From Alphaproteobacteria bacterium (GTDB lineage: Bacteria; Pseudomonadota; Alphaproteobacteria; SP197): a stretch of 64,000 nucleotides of DNA. Position numbers and translations under genes: made by a program. The notes under the pieces are model-generated. The model worked only from the letters and a program-made list of their open reading frames with translations. It did not search any database and was not told where the DNA came from. The stretch spans positions 53,928 to 117,927 of the forward strand of contig CBDAUZ010000002.1 of NCBI GenBank assembly GCA_965200745.1. Direction: 5' to 3'. This document shows, in pieces, positions 27,751 through 36,076 of this stretch (position 1 is the stretch's first letter; each line of letters starts with the position of its first letter).

Positions 27751-29271
27751 CTAGGCCGCTGCGATGTTGGCCTTGCGTATTTCGATATATGACATCAACT
27801 CTTCCTCAACGCCGGGATCGAGTGAAGGTTGCTCATATTCCTGCAAGAGCTGCTTCCAGAAAGCATGTGCCCTTTGCACAGTATCCCTTGAACCCTCTTC
27901 CACCCATTTCTCAAGATTGCTCCAGTCCGACAGCATCGGTTGATAAAACGCATCCTTGTATCGTTCGAGGGTCTGTGGCGCGGCAAAAAAATGGCCGCCA
28001 GGACCCACCTCTTCGATGTCCTGAACACCAAGGTTTTCCGACTTGAACGACAGCGGTTTCATCGCCTCGTTCACCATCTGTAGCATCTCCGAGTCGATGA
28101 TCATTTTCTCGTATGAGAACGTCAGCCCCGACTCCATCCAGCCATGCGCAAAATTGAGCAAACTCACCCCCCCAAGGACGGCCCCCCAGATCGACATCTG
28201 CGACTCGTAGATCGCCTGCGCGTCGATGACATTGGAGGAGTTGACGTTTCCCGACCTCAGCGGCAAGCCATATCGCCGCGCCAGTTGCCCCGCGACGATG
28301 ATCCCCTTCATGTATTCGGGTGTACCGAATGATGGCGATCCTGACTTCATATGAACGCTGGTGGCGAGCGAGCCATAGACGACCGCTGCACCCGCTCTGA
28401 CGATCTGCGATAACGTGATGCCTGCCAGTATCTCGGCATTCTGTTGCACCAGACTGCCTTCAACGGTGATTGGCCCGGTCGCCCCCGCCATGGCGAGGGA
28501 GGCAATGACACAGGCCTGCCCCATGCTCGCCATCCGAATGAGGGCGTCTGTCATGGGCTGATCAATTTTCATCGGGCTGTTGATGCTGATATTGGTGATG
28601 AGCCCAGGGTCCTTCACCAGCTGTTCCGTGCTGATACCGCGGGCAATCGCGGCCATCTGCAGGCCGTCTTCGATCGAGTCTGGCGCGACAGCTGTGGGCC
28701 TCCAGACTTTATCGGTAAGGCACAATATCGACGCATAGGCGTCGAGATGACGGGAGCTGGGCGGTAAATCCTGCGGTTCGACCGGGTAACCGTAAATGCA
28801 ATGCACGGTATTCAGGCACTGACACAGCTTTATCAAGTCATTGAAATCAGAGTAGGTCCCGCTCCGGCGTCCCCTGTCCAGATCGGAGCAATAGGGCGGA
28901 ACCGTTGCCGGGGTGAACACCATGTGTATATCGTCAAAGACAAGATTGTGCGCCGGGTTGCGTGCATAAAGGGTAAAACTTTTCGGCGCCAACTTGATCT
29001 TGTCTTCGACAAGCGCAGGGTCTAGCCGCACGCGGCAGTTGGCTTCATCCACATCTGCACCAGTCGCCTTAAATCGTTTCCGCGCGTCGTCGCTTACGAC
29101 TTCAAGCCCAACATCCCGTAACAGCCTTAAAGAAGCCTGATGGAGCGCTTCAATCTCGTCCTCGCTGACGATAGAAATCGGGCCGAACCGGTTAACTGGC
29201 TGAGACCAGGGTTTCTGCGAGATTCTCGCAACGGCAGTCTCCCGACGATTGCGTTTTGTTCGTCTGGACAT
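27751..29271 (-). CDS. MttB-superfamily protein, non-Pyl paralog 3
   Basis: ORF 27751..29340. I prefer the ATG at 29271 (MSRRTKRNRRE) after GGGAGG. Blocks are GATGPITVEGSL, HMKSGSPSFGTPE and GPGGHFFAAPQT. Confidence 0.9.
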   Translation of the reverse strand: MSRRTKRNRRETAVARISQKPWSQPVNRFGPISIVSEDEIEALHQASLRLLRDVGLEVVSDDARKRFKATGADVDEANCRVRLDPALVEDKIKLAPKSFTLYARNPAHNLVFDDIHMVFTPATVPPYCSDLDRGRRSGTYSDFNDLIKLCQCLNTVHCIYGYPVEPQDLPPSSRHLDAYASILCLTDKVWRPTAVAPDSIEDGLQMAAIARGISTEQLVKDPGLITNISINSPMKIDQPMTDALIRMASMGQACVIASLAMAGATGPITVEGSLVQQNAEILAGITLSQIVRAGAAVVYGSLATSVHMKSGSPSFGTPEYMKGIIVAGQLARRYGLPLRSGNVNSSNVIDAQAIYESQMSIWGAVLGGVSLLNFAHGWMESGLTFSYEKMIIDSEMLQMVNEAMKPLSFKSENLGVQDIEEVGPGGHFFAAPQTLERYKDAFYQPMLSDWSNLEKWVEEGSRDTVQRAHAFWKQLLQEYEQPSLDPGVEEELMSYIEIRKANIAAA

Positions 29272-29346
29272 TGATGAAGAGCCTCCCTTTTCTGTTCTGA
29301 TGCCGGCGTCTGAACTGCGTGCGAACGCGCTTCCTTTCATCGCATG

Positions 29347-29367
29347 GGATCACGCGGTTCGTGATCC
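29347..29367. promoter_or_regulatory. Inverted repeat GGATCACG-N5-CGTGATCC upstream of MttB paralog 3
   Basis: Perfect 8-bp arms, 76-96 nt upstream of the preferred start on the minus strand. This is a candidate operator. Confidence 0.3.
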
Positions 29368-29499
29368 AGACCATGTGTGCTTGTCCAAACCGAAGCACGT
29401 TAGATCAACGACACGAGGACGAGCAATTCTGTACGCAGAAGTGTCTCTAAGTACCCGAATCTTGATAGTTTTCTCGGTATGCTTTACGTCACTCTGCGC

Positions 29500-29877
29500 G
29501 GCGCGAAAGCCAACTCATGTCCTATGATCCGCATAGTCCAACCCCGTCACACCAAACATGAAAAGCAAGGTTCCGGCGGACATTCGTTATCCGCGTATAA
29601 TCTGAACCCCAATTCGCGGAGGAGTGAAGGCGCTTCGACCAACGCGGAAAATTGCAATGGGCAGAAGGATAAGAAAGTATCCCGAGAACCGGAACCAACC
29701 GACAGGAAATGGTGACAGGCTATCTGTTGCCAGCTTCATCAAAGAGCCACTGAAAGCGGCCAGTGCAAGGCCAGGAATGATGCGCATTATGCCTGAGCGC
29801 ACTGCTTCGACTTCGGTGTTTTTGAGAGCGTCCAATTCAACTTTGTTGGCGCACGGTTCAGCCAAGGACAAACACAT
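29500..29877 (-). pseudogene. EamA/DMT-family transporter N-terminal remnant
   Basis: The 96-aa ORF 29587..29877 reads MRIIPGLALAAFSGSLMKLATDSLSPFPVGWFRFSGYFLILLPIAIF...IIRG, like the first EamA repeat. The reading then appears to continue in another frame (MSAGTLLFMFGVTGLDYA) before stopping. No full-length gene is present. Confidence 0.35.
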
Positions 29878-30191
29878 GCTTCTATGAAGGCATTATGGCT
29901 TCCAGTGCCGCCAATAAACAGACGACTGCCCGCCGGGTGCGGATGCACGATAGTAATTTGACGGATCATCACACGTGCGGCTTCAGGAAGCGACTTTCCT
30001 TGCGAAACAGAAAAGGTGATATGCATGAGATACGACCGGTGAATTGGCCGCACATCGTTTGCCATCATAGGCGTTTGTTACTAGCGTCTTGGAATATGAA
30101 GCGCAAAGACGCCAACACTGGCTTTTGTTGAGAGGGGCGCACTGTTTAATCTGGTTAAGCACTCCTAATAACACTCGGTTTTTCAACAAAA

Positions 30192-30212
30192 AATGGCGCG
30201 GAAAGCGCCGTT
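30192..30212 (-). terminator. Orphan terminator-like hairpin (AACGGCGC-TTTCC-GCGCCATT followed by a T-run on the minus strand)
   Basis: An 8-bp stem with a GGAAA/TTTCC loop. On the minus strand it is followed by TTTTTTGTTG. No annotated minus-strand gene ends here. Confidence 0.3.
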
Positions 30213-30293
30213 GTATTTAATCGGGTTGTCAGAGGTTGCTGGCGTTCAGAAAACACTAAAACACTCGCCCCAGGACGGTACGAAGAGGCTTGG

Positions 30294-31268
30294 GTGGCGA
30301 AGTGGTGGGAGGAATTTGTGTACAGTCTGATCGCGAAACGTGTGGGCATTGGTCTCATCATCGTTTTTGCCGTCTCAATCATCATTTTTCTCGGCACGCA
30401 AGTGTTGCCGGGCGATGCCGCACAGATCCGGCTGGGTCAGGAAGCGACCCCTGAAAACGTCGCAGCGATGCGGGAACGGCTTGGCCTTGATCTGCCGCAC
30501 TGGCAACAATACTGGAACTGGTTGATTGCCTTCCTGCAGGGCGACCTCGGCACGTCTCTTGCCGGCGACATCCCCGTTTCAAGCCTTCTGGAAGATCGCT
30601 ACATGAACACGGTGATCGTGACTGTGCTGACAGCGCTGATCGGAGTTCCGATCTCGCTCGCCCTCGGCATCACGGCAGCCATGTTCCCCGGTAGCCTTTT
30701 CGACCGGGTCCTGACCATCGTTTCCGTGACCCTGGTCGCCGCACCCGAGTTCTTCACCGCCACTTTGATGGTTGTGATACTCGTTCTCGCGCTCGGCATC
30801 GGGAATGCGGTCGTTGTCGGCAGTATTGAGGGAAAGAACATATTCGAACTGATTGCGCATTTCGCGCTGCCGATTGCGGCACTCTGCTTCGTGATTGCCT
30901 CGCAGCTTATACGTATGTCACGCGCGGCGGTGCTCAACGTAATGAACTCGCCCTATATCGAAATGGCCATCCTCAAAGGGATCCCGCGGCGTGTAATTAT
31001 TCTGCGCCATGCCCTGCTCAACGCGATTGGCCCCATCGTAAATGTCGTGGCACTCAACCTTGCCTATCTCGTCACCGGGGTGATCGTGATCGAGGTCTAT
31101 TTCTCGTATCCCGGCCTGGCGACACTGATTGTGCAAGGCGTGCAGACACGTGATTTCGTCGTCGTACAGTCGATCGGAATGCTCTTCTGCCTGACCTACG
31201 TCATTCTCATGTTGCTTGCGGATATCGCTGCCATTGTATCGAACCCTCGCTTGAGGCACCCGAAATGA
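30294..31268 (+). CDS. ABC transporter permease (DppB/OppB-type)
   Basis: 324-aa polytopic ORF with the N-terminal IAKRVGIGLIIVFAVSIIIFL typical of the peptide/opine permease family. Confidence 0.9.
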   Translation: MAKWWEEFVYSLIAKRVGIGLIIVFAVSIIIFLGTQVLPGDAAQIRLGQEATPENVAAMRERLGLDLPHWQQYWNWLIAFLQGDLGTSLAGDIPVSSLLEDRYMNTVIVTVLTALIGVPISLALGITAAMFPGSLFDRVLTIVSVTLVAAPEFFTATLMVVILVLALGIGNAVVVGSIEGKNIFELIAHFALPIAALCFVIASQLIRMSRAAVLNVMNSPYIEMAILKGIPRRVIILRHALLNAIGPIVNVVALNLAYLVTGVIVIEVYFSYPGLATLIVQGVQTRDFVVVQSIGMLFCLTYVILMLLADIAAIVSNPRLRHPK

Positions 31269-32197
31269 CAGATCAGAAAAATCCGCTGCTTGAACACTAC
31301 GTGGCCCCCCATGGCGATGACATCGTGTTCGACGAACTGCATGACGCGGCCCCGAGCGGAAAGTTTAAACTCTCGATTACCGGCAAGGTCGGCCTGGTCG
31401 TGGTGTGCTTCTGGATATTTATCGCGCTCTTCGGCCAGTTTTTGGCACCTTACGGTGAAAACGACCTCCCGTTTCCTGATGATTACAGCGAGTTTCAAGC
31501 ACCCCGGGCCGGGGCGTGGCTGGGGACCGACACAGATGACAGAGACGTGCTGTCGCGCATTATGTACGGTGCCGGGCGGACGTTGGGCATCTCCGTGGCC
31601 GCCACGGTGATGGCCTATGTCGTCGGCGTCATACTCGGCATTGGCGCTGCCGTGACCGGGCCCCGGGTCGACATGATCATCAGCCGCATCAACGATGCAT
31701 TCCTAAGCTTACCAACGATCATGCTGGGGCTTGTGGTTGTTGCTGCCGCCGGATCAAGCATACCGGTGCTGATTATGACGGCGGGGTTCATCTATGCCTG
31801 TGTTGTCTTCCGATTGGCCCGAGCCATCGGCATGGAAGTTCTTGTGATGGACTTCGTCGAGGTCGCCAAGGTGCGCGGCGAAAGCACTTGGTGGGTGATT
31901 GTCAAGGAAGTCTGGCCAAACGCCGCTATGCCTCTGATCTCTGATTTTGGGTTGCGACTGATCTACGTTATTCTGTTCATCGCCAGCCTCAGCTTCCTTG
32001 GCCTGGGAGTTCAGCCGCCACAAGCGGATTGGGGATCCATGGTGCGCGAAAACCTTGGCGCGTTTGTATCGTTTGACGGTTCAATTGTACCGGTTCTGGC
32101 ACCCGCCATTGCCATTGCCACACTAACGGTTGGGATCAACCTGATTGTTGATGACATATCCGCCCATGCCGGCGGCAAGCTGAGTAATCGCCTGTGA
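31265..32197 (+). CDS. ABC transporter permease (DppC/OppC-type)
   Basis: 310-aa polytopic ORF with 4-nt overlaps on both neighbours. Confidence 0.9.
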   Translation: MTDQKNPLLEHYVAPHGDDIVFDELHDAAPSGKFKLSITGKVGLVVVCFWIFIALFGQFLAPYGENDLPFPDDYSEFQAPRAGAWLGTDTDDRDVLSRIMYGAGRTLGISVAATVMAYVVGVILGIGAAVTGPRVDMIISRINDAFLSLPTIMLGLVVVAAAGSSIPVLIMTAGFIYACVVFRLARAIGMEVLVMDFVEVAKVRGESTWWVIVKEVWPNAAMPLISDFGLRLIYVILFIASLSFLGLGVQPPQADWGSMVRENLGAFVSFDGSIVPVLAPAIAIATLTVGINLIVDDISAHAGGKLSNRL

Positions 32198-34032
32198 CAG
32201 TTCTGGAGAATGAAATCGTCTTCGAGGCGAAAGACCTTCGGATTCACGCCGTGCGCGATGACGGGTCTGAACTGCCGATTGTCAAGGGTGTCGACATCCA
32301 CATACCGCGCGGAAGCGTCGTTGCCCTGATCGGTGAATCCGGTTCAGGTAAGACGACGATTTCACTCTCCGCGCTTGGGTATTTCAAACCTGGTCTAGTG
32401 TTTGCTGGCGGTGAAGCAAGATTGCTTGGTCAGGACCTCACCAAAATGACGACGGACGAACTTCGCCCGATCCGGGGAGAGAAGGTCGCCTATCTCGCGC
32501 AAAGCGCCGCAGCCACTTTCAATCCGTCGCTCAAGATCAACGAACAAGTCACCGAGGCGCCAGTCAGGCACGGGACAAAGACACAGGCAGAAGCGGATGC
32601 AAAAGCATTGGAGCTCTACAAGGCACTCGAATTGCCAGATCCTGAGAACATCGGCAATCGCTACCCGCACCAGGTTTCTGGCGGACAGTTGCAGCGCCTC
32701 ATGGCGGCGATGGCCCTTTGCGGTGATCCTGATCTGCTGGTTCTTGATGAGCCCACAACGGCTCTGGACGTGACCACTCAGATTGAGGTCCTGAAGTCTT
32801 TCAAGAAGGTGATCAAGGAAGAAGGTGCTGCGGCCATATACGTCACACATGACCTGGCAGTTGTAGCGCAGATCGCTGACTATATCGTCGTGTTGTATGA
32901 CGGGGAGATACAGGAGAAGGGCCCCGTCGATGTCATCATCAACAATCCACAACACCCGTATACCAAGCGCCTCATGGCGGCGGTTCGTCCAACCCCTGCG
33001 GCGGGCCAATCGGACGAGGATACAGGACAGCACGATCGTGAAGTTCCCGCGCTCGAAGTAAAGGACATCACGGCCGGGTACGGGCATGGGGCGGGGGCGC
33101 GTCCGCTGGTCACCATCCTACGCGACGTGAACCTGACGATTGAGCGTGGCCACACGGTCGGTATCATTGGCGAATCCGGTTGTGGCAAATCCACTTTGGC
33201 GCGGGTGATGGCCGGATTGTTGCCGCCTGCCGATGGCGAAATGGAGTTGAACGGGTCTCCGATCGCTGGTTCCTATCGGCGTCGAAGCAAGGCAGAACTC
33301 AGGACCATCCAGTTTGTTTATCAGATGGCGGATACAGCCCTCAATCCAAAGCACAGGATTTCGGATATTATCGGGCGCCCCTTGGAACTAAACCTTGGGG
33401 TAGGCAGCAAGGAGAAGCACGAGAAAATCAGCGATGTCCTGAAGATGGTCGACTTGCAGACGGATTTCGCGTCGCGATTCCCACACGAGTTATCCGGTGG
33501 TCAAAAACAGCGTGTGAACTTGGCACGCGCCCTTGCCGCTGGACCAGAGATAGTTTTGTGTGACGAGGTCACGTCCGCGCTGGACACGATCGTGCGTGCT
33601 AATGTCATCGAACTGCTCAAGCGTTTGCGGCGTGACACGGGCGTATCTTTTGTCTTTATCAGCCACGATTTATCGACGGTCGCCTCCTTTGCAGATGAGA
33701 TAGTCGTGCTCTACGCAGGTCGTGTCGCCGAACGTGGACCCACGGACCAGGTGCTTTCACCACCCTACCACCCTTACACGCAATTGCTCATGTCGTCCGT
33801 ACCTGAGATGCGGGTTGGCTGGCTGGAAGAAACACTGCAGCGTCAGGAAACCTTGGCGGGTATATCTCGTGGGGTCACGTTGACCAATGTCGGCTGCCCG
33901 TTCTTCAATCGTTGTCCTGTGGCCATCGAGGGAACTTGTGACAAGGTGGACCCGCCTCAAAGGTATGACAAAAAAGGGCATGGTCACTTCATCGAATGCC
34001 ATCGCGAGCTTGACGAATTGACAAGCGGGTAG
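32194..34032 (+). CDS. Fused double ABC ATPase (DppD-DppF type)
   Basis: 612 aa with two Walker A motifs (GESGSGKTT, GESGCGKST), two signature motifs (VSGGQLQR, LSGGQKQR) and a Cys-rich C-terminal oligopeptide-type tail. Confidence 0.9.
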   Translation: MTVLENEIVFEAKDLRIHAVRDDGSELPIVKGVDIHIPRGSVVALIGESGSGKTTISLSALGYFKPGLVFAGGEARLLGQDLTKMTTDELRPIRGEKVAYLAQSAAATFNPSLKINEQVTEAPVRHGTKTQAEADAKALELYKALELPDPENIGNRYPHQVSGGQLQRLMAAMALCGDPDLLVLDEPTTALDVTTQIEVLKSFKKVIKEEGAAAIYVTHDLAVVAQIADYIVVLYDGEIQEKGPVDVIINNPQHPYTKRLMAAVRPTPAAGQSDEDTGQHDREVPALEVKDITAGYGHGAGARPLVTILRDVNLTIERGHTVGIIGESGCGKSTLARVMAGLLPPADGEMELNGSPIAGSYRRRSKAELRTIQFVYQMADTALNPKHRISDIIGRPLELNLGVGSKEKHEKISDVLKMVDLQTDFASRFPHELSGGQKQRVNLARALAAGPEIVLCDEVTSALDTIVRANVIELLKRLRRDTGVSFVFISHDLSTVASFADEIVVLYAGRVAERGPTDQVLSPPYHPYTQLLMSSVPEMRVGWLEETLQRQETLAGISRGVTLTNVGCPFFNRCPVAIEGTCDKVDPPQRYDKKGHGHFIECHRELDELTSG

Positions 34033-34131
34033 CGGATTGCGGCTCAGACAACGTCGCGGGGCTTCCTTCTCATATACATGACCAAACCAAACACCCCCGG
34101 TTTTGAAGCCGGGGGTGTTTCGCATCCTTGG

Positions 34132-35760
34132 TTACGCGTCGTCCCGCCACAGATACGGTGGCGACTCCGCGCCACCGAAGTGGTTCAGCGGTACGCTCGT
34201 ACGACCTTTCACATAGTCTGCCGCGGCATCCACGTAATCAAGGTGCGCAGGCGTGATGCTGCCGGCGGTTTCATGGATCATTGTCTGCATATCACAGTAC
34301 ATCTGCTTACGTTGCGCAGGATCCGTCACCGCCAGAACGTTGGTGAGCAGCTCGTCGAACAGATCGTTCTTCCAGTAGGTCTCGTTCCACTTGGAATCGC
34401 CCTTGTATGTCAGCGACAACATGATGTTCGCGGTGGGACGCGGGTTCCAGCGCACGACACAGAACGGATCTTTCAACCAGACCGCGCTCCAGTACCCATC
34501 CGGCGCGACTTTCTTGACGGTCACGTTCATGCCTATTTTCGCGGCTTCGCGTTGGGTCGACGTCGCCATTTCAACAACGCCCGCACCGATCTCCGCAGCG
34601 GTGATCGGAATCTCCGTGCCGCCGATGCCGGACTGCTCGAAATGCCATTTCGCTTTGTCGAGATCGAGTTCGCGTTGCGGGATGTCCGCGCAGTGATCGA
34701 AATAGGCAGGGCCAATTGGTTGGTCGTTGCCCAGACTGCCGTGGCCTTTCAGGGCGCCCTTCACAACGCGGTTGCGATCCTGCAAGTACTTCAAAGCCAG
34801 GATGACATGCTGGTTTTCGCCCGGTGCAATATCCGTGCGGCCGGCGATGGTAATGTAGCCACCCGCTTTCAGCGCCCAAAGACTAATGCCTTCCGTCGCT
34901 TCAACCGATGAAATTGCTTTCGGAGATACCGCGGCAATTGCGTCTACATCACCGTTCAGCAGGGCATTCACACGGGCAACAGGATCGCCGATTCCGAAAT
35001 GATGCAACTCGTCCAGATAGCCGCCTTCTTCCGAATAATTCTCGAAACGTTCGCCGATGCAGCGGACACCCGGCTTGAACTCCTTTACCTTGTAGGGACC
35101 TGTGCCAATCGCGGTGCTTGAGAAATCCGTGTATCCTTCGGGGATGATCTTGAAATGGAAGGTCCCAAGAGAGATGGGCAGATCCGCGTTTGGCCGGCTC
35201 AGGACAGCGACGACCTCATGGTCATTCACTTTCTTCCATTCCGTGATCATGGACACCAACGATGCAGCGCCAGAGGTTGAGCTTGCACCGATGTGGCGGT
35301 TCATGGAGTAGATGACGTCATCTGCCGTCATGGTCTTGCCGTTATGGAATTCCACGCCCTTGCGAAGCTTGAAAGTCCACTGCGTTGCATCCGCATTGGG
35401 AATGATTTCTTCGGCCAATTCTGGTGCGTAGGAAAGATCATCCTGCAAGCGCGTCAGGGAGCCAAAGAACATGCGGCCGCGGAAATAATCGACCGTCGCT
35501 CGATAGCCCGCAGGATCGAGCTGGTCATCCGGGCCGTGCGAATCCACCGCGAACTTCAGGACTCCGCCCCGCTTGGGCGTGTTCGCGAGTGCTTGCGTTG
35601 CCCCACCAACGATCAAGCCTGAAGCCGTTACAGTCAGACCGGTTGCCATCAGCATCTTGATCGCGTCGCGACGCGTGGCACCTTTGCGCAGCATGTGCAG
35701 AAGGGGCTCGCGATAACTGTAACCCAGATCACCAAATTCGTTCGGTTTGCGTTTAGTCAT
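34132..35760 (-). CDS. ABC transporter substrate-binding protein, family 5 (peptide/nickel/opine), Tat-type signal
   Basis: 542-aa ORF with the twin-arginine leader TRRDAIKMLMATGLTVTASGLIVGGATQALA and an SBP_bac_5-like body. Confidence 0.9.
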   Translation of the reverse strand: MTKRKPNEFGDLGYSYREPLLHMLRKGATRRDAIKMLMATGLTVTASGLIVGGATQALANTPKRGGVLKFAVDSHGPDDQLDPAGYRATVDYFRGRMFFGSLTRLQDDLSYAPELAEEIIPNADATQWTFKLRKGVEFHNGKTMTADDVIYSMNRHIGASSTSGAASLVSMITEWKKVNDHEVVAVLSRPNADLPISLGTFHFKIIPEGYTDFSSTAIGTGPYKVKEFKPGVRCIGERFENYSEEGGYLDELHHFGIGDPVARVNALLNGDVDAIAAVSPKAISSVEATEGISLWALKAGGYITIAGRTDIAPGENQHVILALKYLQDRNRVVKGALKGHGSLGNDQPIGPAYFDHCADIPQRELDLDKAKWHFEQSGIGGTEIPITAAEIGAGVVEMATSTQREAAKIGMNVTVKKVAPDGYWSAVWLKDPFCVVRWNPRPTANIMLSLTYKGDSKWNETYWKNDLFDELLTNVLAVTDPAQRKQMYCDMQTMIHETAGSITPAHLDYVDAAADYVKGRTSVPLNHFGGAESPPYLWRDDA

Positions 35761-35852
35761 TGAGTTCTCCCTGTTATGATTATTGGGGTTTTGGCACTGA
35801 TGTCATCGATATGCCTTGTTGATATTTCTACCAACATGGTGAAGTAAGACGT

Positions 35853-35884
35853 GCTTACCCGCTGGCATGCTTACCTGCTGGCAT
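35853..35884. repeat. Tandem 16-mer direct repeat GCTTACC(C/T)GCTGGCAT x2 in the SBP/LysR divergent promoter region
   Basis: Two adjacent copies with one mismatch, read directly from the sequence. This is a candidate regulator binding site. Confidence 0.3.
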
Positions 35885-36076
35885 TGGCAAACTGTGGTCC
35901 GTTTTGCGGGTGTCGCCATAGTATTGAAACAGGCGAAACCGACAAAAAACCTCCTCCGTAGCAAGCTACACCACTATTTGGACATATTTTCTTGAACTGC
36001 TTCAATGGAGTTTTTGTAACTTGAGTTAAGCATTGCTAAACTTATCCAGAGGCCTGAAATCAAAAGGTGCCAAACG

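Noticed and set aside
18297-29271. Possibility that the MttB genes are pyrrolysine-containing (in-frame UAG), as in methanogen MttB.
   Set aside because: All three ORFs are continuous over about 500 codons with no internal amber codon, and no pylTSBCD-like genes are visible. They are non-Pyl members.
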